From: Eledone cirrhosa
Lineage: Eukaryota
NCBI GenBank assembly: GCA_964016885.1
Contig: OZ024743.1
Coordinates: forward strand, 218,302,001 to 218,366,000
Direction: 5' to 3'
Length of the DNA stretch: 64,000 bases
Position numbers and translations under genes: made by a program. Shown here one piece after another: positions 27,597-40,117 of the stretch. The notes beneath the pieces are model-generated. The model searched no databases. It saw nothing but the letters and a program-made list of their open reading frames with translations, and was not told the origin of the DNA. Each line of letters opens with the position of its first letter. The first letter of the stretch is position 1.

Positions 27597-27763
27597 TATT
27601 ACTCCAAGTATAAACTACATAGAAATCACCGCGAACTCGCAGCATCACTATGGAAACGTCTTGTTGAGTCAAACTAAGCCACACGTTAATACTATCCACT
27701 ACAAGAACTACTCCAACTGGACTACATCTAAGTAGACTGCCATAACGATAACCTGTTATCCCG

Positions 27764-27819
<56 letters not shown>

Positions 27820-28011
27820 CAGAGGTATCCACTGTAAGTTGTGGGGTCTATTCTGTATGAAGAACTCAATGTAATCCATATGTTGAAAATGTTGTAGGTT
27901 AAGATAAATCTCAGAAAACAATAAAACATTAAAGGGAAAAATAGAGTCATGAGTTAAAACATAAGTTAAAACAATGAAATAAAAAATCAAGTCATTAGAG
28001 ATATACTACAC

Positions 28012-28143
28012 TGCTTTACGATCGTTTCTAGATGGTGATATTACATTGTATCTATACTCAGTTATTGATCTATGTAAGTTTACAAACTATCAGATAGAGA
28101 GAATATTTACTTATATGCATATCACCATCTGTTTTCAAAAGCA
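28012..28143 (-). ncRNA. Type-I hammerhead with U3-A8 core and long stem II
   Basis: Minus strand: tgctt-TTGAAAA-c agatggtgatat-(77 nt)-atatcaccatct a-GAAAC-gatc-GTA-aagca. Confidence 0.8.
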
Positions 28144-28966
28144 ATAATAATTTTATTCAATAATAATTTTACTCAGAATTAGTATCATGTCCATATTCGG
28201 AGGTAGTTGAAGAACTAACGAATCAAATTGTTTTTTTCATATGGTGTTAAGGTGAAAAGTAATACACTTTAGTTGAGGTCATGACCCTTTGAAAGGAATG
28301 GTTGAAAGGTGTTAGTAGAAATGGCATAAAAATCTATTACGAAGGAGATTGTCAAACTGATAGTTGAATGTATCTTGTGAATTTAAAAGGAATGTCAAAA
28401 TAAATGGTGATTAGTGTTGTATTGAGTTTTAAGGTGAACATAAATTAATGTTATGGCTAGGAAAGATAGTATATTAAAAGATGAAAATTATAATAAGATA
28501 ATGTGATATAGTAATGCGATAATATACAACTTAACCAACAGAATATAGTACGGTGTGGTAAATTGCACTCAGTATATAATATAACATATTATACGCTCTA
28601 AAATATTACTAAGTATGTTTATGCATAAACAATCAAACTCAGATAAGTACATGTTGGCATAGTTAAAACACATAAATTACGTAGTCTACAAAGTGCATAT
28701 ATTCACACCACATATAGAGAGAGGTACAGTTATATTGATATCTAACCAAAATATACATACGTGCAAATAGATGCAAACCTAAATACACATCTAATTCTGA
28801 GTCCAGAATTAGCCGTCGAAACGGCTTGAGCTCTACCGTCGGGGTCATACTTGTTCCTATTACCCACTCTACTACCCTAAGTATTGAGTACTTTGGTGCG
28901 TTATAGCCCTTCTGGTTCCTTACCACATTTCCTTCGTTATATATATATATACACACATATATAGAT

Positions 28967-29816
28967 ATAAGTATGTAAACGTACATACATATATGTATAC
29001 AGACGTACAGTAGTATGTATATATATACATACATGCACACATATATATATGTACGTATGGATTTACCGAACATTTATTATAATGCTCGGTTTGTTTGTAA
29101 ACAAACAAACATCCCGAATTAAGCCTTTGTCAGTGTTGAATAAAGGGGCAACGATGGTTGCTAAACACTGTACGGCTTAATTCGAGATGTTTGTTTGTTT
29201 ACAAACAAACCGAGCATTATAATAAATGTTCGGTAAATCCATACGTACATATATATATGTGTGCATGTATGTATATATATACATACTACTGTACGTCTGT
29301 ATACATATATGTATGTACGTTTACATACTTATATTTAAGTAACAGCCGTACTAAGAGTGAGAAATGAAATTTCGTTTCATTTTTTCTATTTATCGTTTTC
29401 GGTGCGCCCGGCCAATTAACTCACTCGATATGCAAATTAGGCTGCTCAGCCGTTAATATGCATAAGGAAAGTATATACTTTCAGACGTTCAATCATCTGG
29501 CAGGAAGGTATACGGTGCTGACGATAGCTAATAAGCTTGAAACTAGTACATCGTTCCTGTGTCAGTGTTGAAGAAAAGGGCAACGATGGTTGCTAAATAC
29601 TGTACGGCTTAATTCGGCATGTTTGTTTCTTTATAAACAAACCGAGCATTATAATAAATGTTCGGTAAATCCATACGTACATATATATATATGTGCATGT
29701 ATGTATATATATACATACTACTGTACGTCTGAATACATATATGTATGTACGTTTACATACTTATATTTAAATAACAGCCGTACTAAGAGTGAGAAATGAA
29801 ATTTCGTTTCATTTTT

Positions 29817-29825
<9 letters not shown>
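28967..29825. mobile_element. Family I cluster: inverted fragment plus partial tandem (period ~432 bp)
   Basis: Minus fragment 28967-29123; plus copies ~29128-29395 and ~29427-29825; GTCAGTGTTGAA recurs at 29129 and 29561. Confidence 0.85.
29512..29554 (+). ncRNA. Minimal type-I hammerhead ribozyme, intact core (family I)
   Basis: acggtg-CTGACGA-tagct aata agctt-GAAA-ctag-TA-catcgt (one G-U pair in stem I). Confidence 0.9.
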
Positions 29826-29877
<52 letters not shown>

Positions 29878-29879
<2 letters not shown>

Positions 29880-30073
29880 CGAAGGAGTTGTGGTAAGGAA
29901 CCAGATGGACCATAACGCACCAGAGTACTCAATACTTAGAGTAGTAGAGTGGGTAATAGGAAAATGTATGACCCCGACGGCAGAACTCAAGCCGTTTCGA
30001 CGGCTATTTCTCGAGTCCAGAAATAGCTGTCGAAACGGCATGAGCTGTACCGTCGGGTTCATACATTTTCCTA
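29878..30073. mobile_element. Family A short element with fold-back (relatives at 4812-4940, 5232-5370, 5506-5645, 28791-28938, 40556-40755, 42318-42470, 58786-59089)
   Basis: ~130-200-bp repeat always adjacent to (TA)n; contains hammerhead 3' half GAAAC-GGC-loop-GCC-GTC-GGGGTC. Confidence 0.85.
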
Positions 30074-30103
30074 TATATATATATATATACATATATATGT
30101 ATG

Positions 30104-30185
<82 letters not shown>

Positions 30186-30186
<1 letters not shown>

Positions 30187-32790
30187 CCAACTTCTGTCGA
30201 GCCGCCTACCAACTTAAATGGCTGACCGCCATCAACAGCGCCACGGAAAATAACAGCGCCCACACAACCCGCCCCAAGTTCCCCACTTACCACCTCGACA
30301 ACCCACTGCACTCCCCACTCATCAGTTTAAAACACTCCATCTCTGATATCCTACACAAACACACACACGCACAACACACAACCTCACTAAATCTCAACTC
30401 ACCACTCTCTCCAACCTGAAATCGAAGAACCTCATCTACCTCCTCTCCGACAAGGGAAAAGAATTCTGCGTCATCCGCAGAGAAGCCTACAACACCCTGG
30501 CCCTCCAAGACCTTGACGATGACAACCTCTACTCCAAAGTCAAAGGAATCACTCCAGCGCAGATCGAGGAGCACATCAACGCCGCCTGGACCAACATCTG
30601 TGACCGGCGGAAGCTCCCGAAGAAGCTGAGATACAACCTCCTCACGAGGAACAACAGACTACCCGCCTTCTACCACCTGTGAAAACACACAAACAGAGAC
30701 CCGACCTGAAGATCAAACCCATCGTATCGAGCGTGGAAGGACCGCTCTACAAAATATCATGGCTCCTAGCCAGAATACTCAAACCCATACTAGACACCTT
30801 GCCGGGACACGTAAACAGCTCCGAGGAGGTGTTGGAGTGCCTGTATATAATGGATCCCGACACCAGAAAGGCTAACAGATATGCCTTCAGCCTTGATGTG
30901 GTCGCTCTTTACACCTCGGTCCCGGCGCTCCCGGCCGTTGATATACTGATGAAACGCCTCCAATCTATCGACCTACACTGCTTCGGGCTCACCCCTACTG
31001 ACATCCACCAACTCCTATCCGTCGTCGTTGACAACACATACTTCGGTTTTCTCGACCAAACATACCGGCAGACCTCGGGGCTGCCCATGGGCTCAAGCCT
31101 GTCGGGTGTGCTAGCGATCTCATACATGGACAGCCTCGAGGCACTCACCACCTGCCATCCCTACGCCGTCGCCTTTTTCTAAAGGTACGTGGATGACATC
31201 CTCATCTTCACATCTTCCCAGGAGATGGCGAACGGAATCTTTGAGGCGTTCAACAACACGGACGAGAATATTGATTTCAGTGTAGAACACCCCAGCGATG
31301 ACGGGTCACTTGCCCTCCTCGACTTCCGAATCAACATCACGGAGCAGGGAGAGATCCACACCAACTTCTACCGCAAGGCAGCCTGCAGGGACTTGTTCGT
31401 CCACTACAAGTCTGCCCTCCCCAATAGCACTAAAAGAGGGTACATAACGAACGAGATCACGCGAATTAGAAACAGATGCAGCGATCCCGTGAGTGGTGTC
31501 ACCCACACCAAGAGATTCCCCAAAGTGCTGGAGACGAACGGGTACCCTGCCTCGCTCACAAACAGAGTAGGAGACACCAGACGCAAGAGCCTGAGAAACA
31601 ACCAAGGCAAGTGCTTCCTTAAAATACCACACCTGGGCGAGAATACCACTAACGCTATCCGCAGGGCTATACGGAGAGAGGGCCTCAACATCCACCTGGC
31701 CCACTCTGGACCCTCCCTGCGGAGATGCCTCTCCAGGAAACCCGGGAAATCGACTGACGCGTGTTCCCTCGTAAAATGTCCGATGCGCCATACGAACTGT
31801 TGCTTACGCACATACGTGGTATACAGGGTGGAATGTGACAAGTGCAACGACTACTATATCGGTACCACAATCCGGCCGCTACATATTCGGATCATGGAGC
31901 ACATCAACACCAGGGCCTCGTCTTTCCTGAAACACATCACCAAATGCGGAAACAAAGACGGAAGGCCCGTTGTCACAGTGCTAGCGACGGAACGCAACGT
32001 CGGCCCGCTACGAATCAAGGAAGCACTTTGGATCAAACGCCTAGGGCCACAAATAAATAACCGATCCGAGAGAAGCGAGACGAGGTGGTTGTTGTGAACT
32101 AACGAGGCACCAACACACGCACACACAGTGACATTCGAACGGTTGTTTTTGTGTGTGTAACACCGCCACCATCCACCGACCTAATTTTAAAAAAAAAAAA
32201 TTAAAAAAAAGAAACCAGGCAGAATACTACTACTACCAGATGACTATACTACACTGCCAGTACCAAAAACCCAACACAGATAAACAGTACAATGAACTGA
32301 CAGCTAACGAAATCCCATTCCCACAATTAAGAGAACTACTTCGACCTCTGCTTGACCACACCGATTCCGCGCGCACGCGCGCTCTGCAGAATACCTCAAT
32401 TAGTCATGAATAGCCAACAAGAGAGGACACGTTCCATTCCTCTCCGACAGATACCCCCCCTCCCCCCGGAAAAACCCCCAGTTGATGGATGCGAATACGA
32501 AATATAGAGACAATTAAATCTCTCCCAAGGTAACTCTATCTCGTGTTATTATTTTTTATTTTTTACGCTCTTTCATACGTTCCTCTACATACTATACATC
32601 TCATTCTACATTCCCTTACATCTCGTGTCATTATTTTTATTTTTACGCTCTTTCCTACGTTCCTCTACACACTATACATCACATTCTACACTCCCTTACA
32701 TCTCTCTCTTCACCACCGGATCCTGTTACCCAGAGAATTACCCATCTGCATTGTTGAGACTTCCAAAACGACCAAAAGATAATAAATCCT
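30186..32790 (+). mobile_element. Penelope-like retroelement (RT + C-terminal GIY-YIG endonuclease), 5'-truncated and decayed; probably Naiad clade
   Basis: Spliced reading gives SDKG (~30446), FYHL/VKTHK...IKPIVS, SLDVVALYTSV, QTSGLPMGSSLS, F*RYVDD, thumb FYRKAAC, a Cys-rich linker (CSLVKCPMRHTNCC) and GIY-YIG VVYRVECDKCNDYYIGTT..LHIRIMEH...LRIKEALWIK. Frameshifts near 30375 and 30679, in-frame TAA at 31180. Flanked on both sides by (TA)n; AATAAA near the 3' end. Naiad assignment is inferred from KTHK, the linker and the (TA)n target. Confidence 0.93.
30679..32097 (+). pseudogene. Disrupted PLE reverse transcriptase-GIY-YIG ORF
   Basis: ORFs 30679-31182 and 31189-32097 are in the same frame, split by one TAA immediately before RYVDD. 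Confidence 0.92.
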
Positions 32791-32803
32791 ATATATATAT
32801 ACA

Positions 32804-32881
<78 letters not shown>

Positions 32882-32969
32882 CGTCTTACGACCGTTTGTT
32901 TGTGTATATGAATATAAAAGAAGAGGAGAGAGACGGAGAAACCTAATTTAAAAGGTTGTTGTGTACATT

Positions 32970-34959
32970 TTTAGCAGTGTGGCAGTATGAAGTTTGTTCG
33001 TCGTGAGTTGACAGTGTGGTAGGGTGATAGTATCCTCGTTGGATTAAATATCGATATAGACGTGAGGGAAGGTCCCTCGATCTATTTACCATCTTTGTAT
33101 TTACAATATTCCTTTCGTCAGGTCGCCAATTCCAGCAGCATGGATTATAGATGTTATTGAGACACGAGTAACATAATAATGATTTCAACAGCAGAAATTA
33201 GAGATGAAATGTATGTTTATTTTTGATGTAGTACAAACAATGTTTGTTAACTTATATGGTTGAAGTTACACATAAAAAGAGGTTACAAAAGGGAATGTGC
33301 CATCGCGCCGTTAAGCCGGCGAGGCTAGGGTGCAATATCTCACCGTTACATTATGCGTGTTGCTGGCTCGAAGTTCCTGGTACAAGAGGAAGATTCTTCA
33401 AATCTTCGCGGGGAATTTCTTCCTCGGGGCGCGTAGGGATACATCCTCTTCTACTGGCGCTGATTGGCTGAACTGAGCCAAATCACGCACAGAGAATGTA
33501 TGTGAGCCCGCGGAATGTAGGTCACTACAATACCTCCGAGCAGATTTTTAGCCGAAAATCGTAAACGAAGAAGCTAAGGACCCACAAGGAAGTCGATACA
33601 GATTATTGAATGAGCAAGAACAAATGTTGAAAGAGCACATCAGTGAAAAAATAATTGAGCAGAAGGCTGCATGCAAGAAAAAAAATGAGGCGCTACGGGC
33701 CGTGTTGAGCCACTGTGTCAAATAACCAGTTGTTTTGTTGTTTACACGTGACCACCAAAGGTCTAACAAAAACGGATAAAGTCAGACATGGGCGAAGTTG
33801 CTGTTCTTGCATTTAATGTTAATGGTAAGTGCTGTACCAGTAGCTGTGGACGAAGCTATTATGGTAGTTTACCAGTGCTGGCAAGAAGATGATGGGTAGG
33901 CGAGAAAATGTTGGCCTCCCAGATGTATTGCCGAATGTGCTAGGGAGCCAGGAAAAAATGGCTGGTTGCTTTGAAAAGAAAAAAAGCAACTTTAATCTGT
34001 AGGTGGGTTGCAGTGTAAATTCCATAATTCGGGCGAATCCACAGAAGTGGCCGAAATGCTGACAAGTCCAGTTCTATTTGCGGTTTTCCCAGCGAGTCGG
34101 GCAAAAACAGCAAAACGAAGGCCGTCATGGACGATCAGTGTGCAACGAGATGCAAAAACTGTTTGAGCTCAGCTGCAATTAGTATTCTCGTGTTGCGGTG
34201 CCTGTTTGAATCCAGTGGATTAAGCTCAATGAGCTGCTAGCATGTGACAGCACCTCAACCAGGTGAAAAGGGACTCGCAGAATATTACGTTTGAAGAACA
34301 TATACCAAGAACAACATGTTGGTGTGTGACAAAAAAAATGTGTGCATATGCAGGCATGTAAAACAGCAAAGTATGTGAATGAACAAAAACCACGAGCAAG
34401 CAAATAGCAAAAGAGCACAAAACATGCAAATGCATTCTACAAAGAAATATGTGAATGTAACAAACTGATAATTCAAAGTCAATCTCAGGGAGCAGGGAAA
34501 TTGCTCAATGATAAGTTCAAAGTTTTTCAAAGTCAAATAGTTCACACATCACCAGTATACAGACTTTCTGACACTAGTTCTATCTGAAAACTGAAAAAGA
34601 AGTTTGTTAATGCCGTTAGGGGTTAGATGTATGGTGTTTTTGAGAGTTTTCGTGGCCATTCTACCGTCCTGCCACCTTGTGTGACATAAGGTTGTGTTGC
34701 TTGTTGTTAAAGCAAAGTAAATGAATCTTCTGTAGAGTAGCAGTCACCAAACATGGCAGCCACGTCTGACGCCATAATGGTGAGAAAACTACCGTCTCAA
34801 TTTCTCGAGTCCCTGTGGTAACGAGACAGAAGGTATGGTGGTTGCGTCGGTAAAGTTACAAGCCGTTTTGAAATTTCCGATGTGTGGTGGTTTGCGTCGG
34901 TAAAGCTATGAAGCTGCCATCTCACCATTCCCTGTCGTTGGTCAGTGGTTAAACAGTGT

Positions 34960-34998
<39 letters not shown>

Positions 34999-35771
34999 CG
35001 TTGTTGTTGTCGAGTGTAGCCAGGACCTGTCGGTAGCCATTTTAAAATTTCCTCGTGGCGAAAAGTTTTTGAAATACTGCTAATTTTTCAAAAAAAATTT
35101 TGAAAGGAATATATTGTATTTTCGCAAGTTGCGAAAAGGCCGGCAACGCGGCAACAAAAGTTCAACTGTACAAAAAAGAAGGCTGCGTTAAATTCTTACG
35201 TCGGTCACCACTTTAGCAGTGTGGCAGTATGAAGTTTGTTCGTCGTGAGTTGACAGTGTGGTAGGGTGATAGTATCCTCGTTGGATTAAATATCGATATA
35301 GACGTGAGGGAAGGTCCCTCGATCTATTTACCATCTTTGTATTTACAATATTCCTTTCGTCAGGTCGCCAATTCCAGCAGCATGGATTATAGATGTTATT
35401 GAGACACGAGTAACATAATAATGATTTCAACAGCAGAAATTAGAGATGAAATGTATGTTTATTTTTGATGTAGTACAAACAATGTTTGTTAACTTATATG
35501 GTTGAAGTTACACATAAAAAGAGGTTACAAAAGGGAATGTGCCATCGCGCCGTTAAGCCGGCGAGGCTAGGGTGCAATATCTCACCGTTACATTATGCGT
35601 GTTGCTGGCTCGAAGTTCCTGGTACAAGAGGAAGATTCTTCAAATCTTCGCGGGGAATTTCTTCCTCGGGGCGCGTAGGGATACATCCTCTTCTACTGGC
35701 GCTGATTGGCTGAACTGAGCCAAATCACGCACAGAGAATGTATGTGAGCCCGCGTAATGTAGGTCACTACA
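32970..35771 (-). mobile_element. Non-autonomous LTR retrotransposon (gypsy-like), young insertion
   Basis: 560-bp direct repeats at 32970-33529 and 35212-35771; by eye only one substitution (33513 vs 35755). 4-bp TSD CATT at 32966-32969 and 35772-35775. PBS-like TGGTGACCGACGT next to the minus-strand 5' LTR. The 1.68-kb interior has no gag/pol ORF. Confidence 0.9.
35198..35210 (-). promoter_or_regulatory. Primer-binding site, resembling the tRNA-Trp-type PBS (TGGTGACCCCGACGT) with a 2-nt deletion
   Basis: Plus strand acgtcggtcacca, 1 nt from the LTR edge. Confidence 0.65.
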
Positions 35772-35975
35772 CATTCATTACTATAGTGACTTCAGTGATT
35801 CCTTTGGTGCTGTTTTTGTCAGAAATATATTTTTAAAAAGAAACTGCTCCTCTTGACAATAAAGATAAAATCTCTCTTTCTGACCAATAATACTGTCAGT
35901 CTTCAGTTTGGCAAGAAAGAAAGAAAACTTGAGAAAGGTGGAGATAGGCGTATAGAGAGAGGTGGAGATGGACAT

Positions 35976-36113
<138 letters not shown>

Positions 36114-36134
36114 CATACATACATACATACATAA

Positions 36135-36245
<111 letters not shown>

Positions 36246-36554
36246 CCAGGCGAAAGTGAGTAGGTGAAATGAAATGAGATAAAAAAAAATCTATATAAGC
36301 GCAGATGTAGAAGACAAAAGCAAAATACGAATGTAATTAGCTCGTTAGAATTTTAGACAAATAGATCGGTAGACAAACAAGGTGAGAAATATATAAGCTG
36401 GCGGGAAGGTAGTTAGACGTATAAAAGTGCTTGTATACCAAAATGCTTGTATTGTTTGAAGTCTTCCTCGGCTCCAGTGGAGCTGCTGTGAAATATACAG
36501 AATAAAATATCAAAGATATAAACGTTTTTGTCTGTGTTTGTGTGTATAGAGGGA

Positions 36555-36948
36555 GAGTTCAGATATAAACGTATGGGTGTGTGGTTGTGTATATATATAG
36601 AGAGAGAGGCCAGATATAAACGTGTTTGTATATGTTTGTGTATATATATAGAGAGAGGCCAGATATAAACGTATTTGTATGTGTATATATATATATAGAG
36701 AGAGAGGGAGATAGGCCAGATATAAACGTGTTTGTGTGTTTGTGTATATATATAGAGAGAGGGGCCAGATATAAACGTATTTGTGTGTGGTTGTATATAT
36801 ATAGAGAGAGAGAGGCCAGATATAAACGTGTTTGGGTATATATATAGAGAGAGGCCAGATATAAATGTATTTGTATGTGTTTGTGTATATATATAGAGAG
36901 AGGCCAGATATAAACGCATTTGTATGTGTTTGCGTGTAGAGAGAGAGG
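36555..36948. repeat. ~55-60-bp minisatellite
   Basis: AGAGAGGCCAGATATAAACGT...TGTGTATATATAT repeated about 7 times. Confidence 0.9.
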
Positions 36949-37049
36949 TTAGAATCTACAATGTCTAAAGACTGTCTCAAGCCCAAAGGCTTATCAGGCC
37001 AGTGCTCAATTTACGCTAGGAAGTAAACTATTAACAATAACCCTCAGTT

Positions 37050-37200
37050 ATTGCTGTTACTCATTTTCAGCTGAGTATACTGGAACAACGTGAAATGAAG
37101 TGTTTTGTTCAAGAACACAACACAAAACCCAGCCCAGGAACCGAACCACTGACATTATGATCGTAAGTCCAACATCCTTACCACTAGGTCACACGTCTCA
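37050..37200 (-). mobile_element. Second tRNA-headed SINE family (relative at 49585-49695)
   Basis: Minus-strand A-box TGACCTAGTGGTAAG, B-box GGTTCGGTTCC, then TGTGTTCTTGAACAAAACACTT core. Confidence 0.65.
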
Positions 37201-37514
37201 CCATTAGAATACTAATGAAATATACATAATAAATCATCAAAAATATAGATGAATGTGGGGTTGTACCGACACTTGTAGCTATGGAGACTTCCAGTGTTCG
37301 TGCTCCTCACACTACCCACTTAGTTGATGACCTGCAAGAATAAGTGCCGTGAGTCGGAACGCTATTTCAACGCGTCTCCCTCGCTACCCTCTAGGGCATT
37401 GAGATTAAAATAAACTAGAGCCTATATAGATTTTGCGTCTTGAATATTTTCTGGAGATGCTCATTTCCATATAATAGAAAACCTTGACTGGAAATGTTCA
37501 TTTGTATATAATTG

Positions 37515-37700
37515 TGTCTACTTTTGGCACAAGGCCAACAATTATCCCAGTGTATTACTGGAACTTCATTTTATCGACCCCGTAAGGATGAAAGGCAAAG
37601 TTAACCTCGGCGGGATTTGAACTCAGACCATAAAGAGCCGTAACTCTTTGCTGCAAAGCATGGCATCAGACCCTCTACTGATACTGCCAAATCACCACCC
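37515..37700 (-). mobile_element. Major-family SINE
   Basis: Reverse complement of head, core and tail. Confidence 0.8.
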
Positions 37701-38809
37701 TCATTTGTATATAATGCAAAACTGATAGGTTATAATTAATTGGCAGTAGCACTGAAAATCCCTCTGACACACCATAATGTTACCGCCACCTTCAAATCTG
37801 TATAAGGTTCTGTGAATTGTCTCATAATAGACGCATTTAATGATAAATGATTATATGTACATACGCCTGTATCTGGTTGTATTTATGCACAAATGTATGT
37901 ATGTATTGGCTGCTTTCATAACATGTTAGATTTTTGTAACTAATTGGTTTATAAGATTGAAGATAGTGTCATTGCTGACCAAGTTGTGCTGGCTGGCCGA
38001 AGGTTTTCATTGTTGATATCCCGTAACTGCCGCCGCATTGGCTAAGTTTAAAATGCCATAGAGAGTTAACAAAATGAGACAGAAGTTCTAAGTGATGAAG
38101 TCATTGAACGAAACTTTTCCAATACCTAGCAGTAATTAGCCGAAATAATCTTGAGCTACAAGGGCCGGTTGAAAAGTTCAAAGGTTGACCAAGATACTCT
38201 CATGGAATGTGAGCAAATTAGATTTATTTTTCAACATAGAAACCTTGATGCGGTCCACACTTCTCGTCAACCATCAACAATGTTCGCAATATTATTCTAT
38301 TCAAAACTTATCTAAAACTCGTGTGTTGAGGAACTACGCCTCGGTATATGATGACGATGGGGATGATGGTGGTGATGATGATGATGATATGCGTATATCA
38401 AAGTATGTATACATACATATGTATTTACATATGTACACGCACACACACGCACATGTGTGTGTCTGTACACTATCATACATGAGCAGTGGCGGACTGACCA
38501 AGTTGCTAGGTTGCCCAATGACAAGTAAGCCCCAGGGGGCCTACGGTAGCATTGCAAGAGCCCACAGTAGCATTGCAGGGCCCACTGTAGTATTTTAAGG
38601 GCCAATGCTTTGCTTTCAAAAAATACCTGAAATCTAAGAGAAAGAATAAAATTTGTTTTTAAATAAATGAAATAATTAAGCAAAGCATTTGGTCAAATAT
38701 ATGATAGTGCAAATAGCTGGAATCAGTGGTTGTACATTATACTAAATCTAATGCTTAGTGTATTCATTCATGCATACAAACATATATATATATAGACACA
38801 GACTCAAAA

Positions 38810-38893
<84 letters not shown>

Positions 38894-39266
38894 TTACACA
38901 CGAACTACTGACCAAATAATTTTTGGTATCAATGGGTTAAAGACATCTGTCAAATCAATTAGTGATGAAGGTGGTGTATATATATATATAGTGAAAAGAT
39001 AACAAGGACGATTGGTTACTCCTTCATTACATTTATTGGTTGGTGACGCGCGTTTCGCCACTGATCAGCTCAAGGTTCGTTCTGTATCGATCTAACCCGA
39101 CTCTGTAATCTGCGGCTCGACGGACCCCTTGAAAGGAGTAACCAATCGTCCTTGTTATCTTTTCACTATAATACACTCTGTCTAGATCTACACCTCGACA
39201 CTGAAATGAACCTAAACATCGAGTGGTCACCCGGGTGAACCTACAGTAACTCCAAGTTACACTCCC

Positions 39267-39370
<104 letters not shown>

Positions 39371-39405
39371 CACACACACATATATATATACATATATACA
39401 GTATA

Positions 39406-39446
<41 letters not shown>

Positions 39447-39649
39447 TTGAGGATACTATTTATGGTTATGCAAATACAAGAACCTTTTGTAGTTATATAT
39501 ATTTTTACAAACCCTAAATAGTGATAGGCAGTAATATATTACTACCTTATTACCAGTAAGTTAAATAGCTCAATGTACTAACATCAGATGTTTTACAGAG
39601 CAGTTATATATAAGTTATAAGAATCAAAGTTCTGATCAAATCATTTCTA

Positions 39650-39696
39650 TGCTTACAATTGTTTCCTCCAAACTGAGGTTTGGATTCTTCGGAGCA
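39650..39696 (-). ncRNA. Minimal hammerhead, U4C core (left arm of an inverted repeat)
   Basis: Inverted copy of 40118-40164 with one change in loop 2. Confidence 0.8.
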
Positions 39697-40117
39697 ATTT
39701 ATTAATGGATGATCACATATATGACCTCCTTTTCAACCCAAGAGACATACAGATACATATAACATTCGTATAAAGGATTCATTACCAGTTCAACCCCTTA
39801 ACACTCTTGATCGCCCGTTTAAGTGCTTCTTTTGCATGTAACACTCTGCCGCACTATAGCATTATATAAACAAGACACACGTGTAACTATTGCACTCAAT
39901 AACTGCTTATGACTATCCTATCTCATTAATTTCATGTTGTATTTTAACCTTAATTTTTGATTTTATCCTCTTTGGATATGAATGTAACCTTTAAATGTAT
40001 ACTGCCACACTAAATATTATAATGGTGTCGACATACCGAGCAACAATGTTTGCATATGTATCTGTATGTCTCTTGGGTTGAAAAGAAGGTCATATATGTG
40101 ATCATCCATTAATAAAT

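Noticed and set aside
30678-30684. TGA in the PLE ORF as possible selenocysteine (some Naiad elements encode selenoproteins)
   Set aside because: The TGA arises from a 1-nt frameshift (YHL|VKTHK continues in another frame); the other stop is TAA.
32478-32515. Possible hammerhead in the PLE 3' UTR (TTGATGG...CGAAATATA)
   Set aside because: Too many core and stem mismatches to support.
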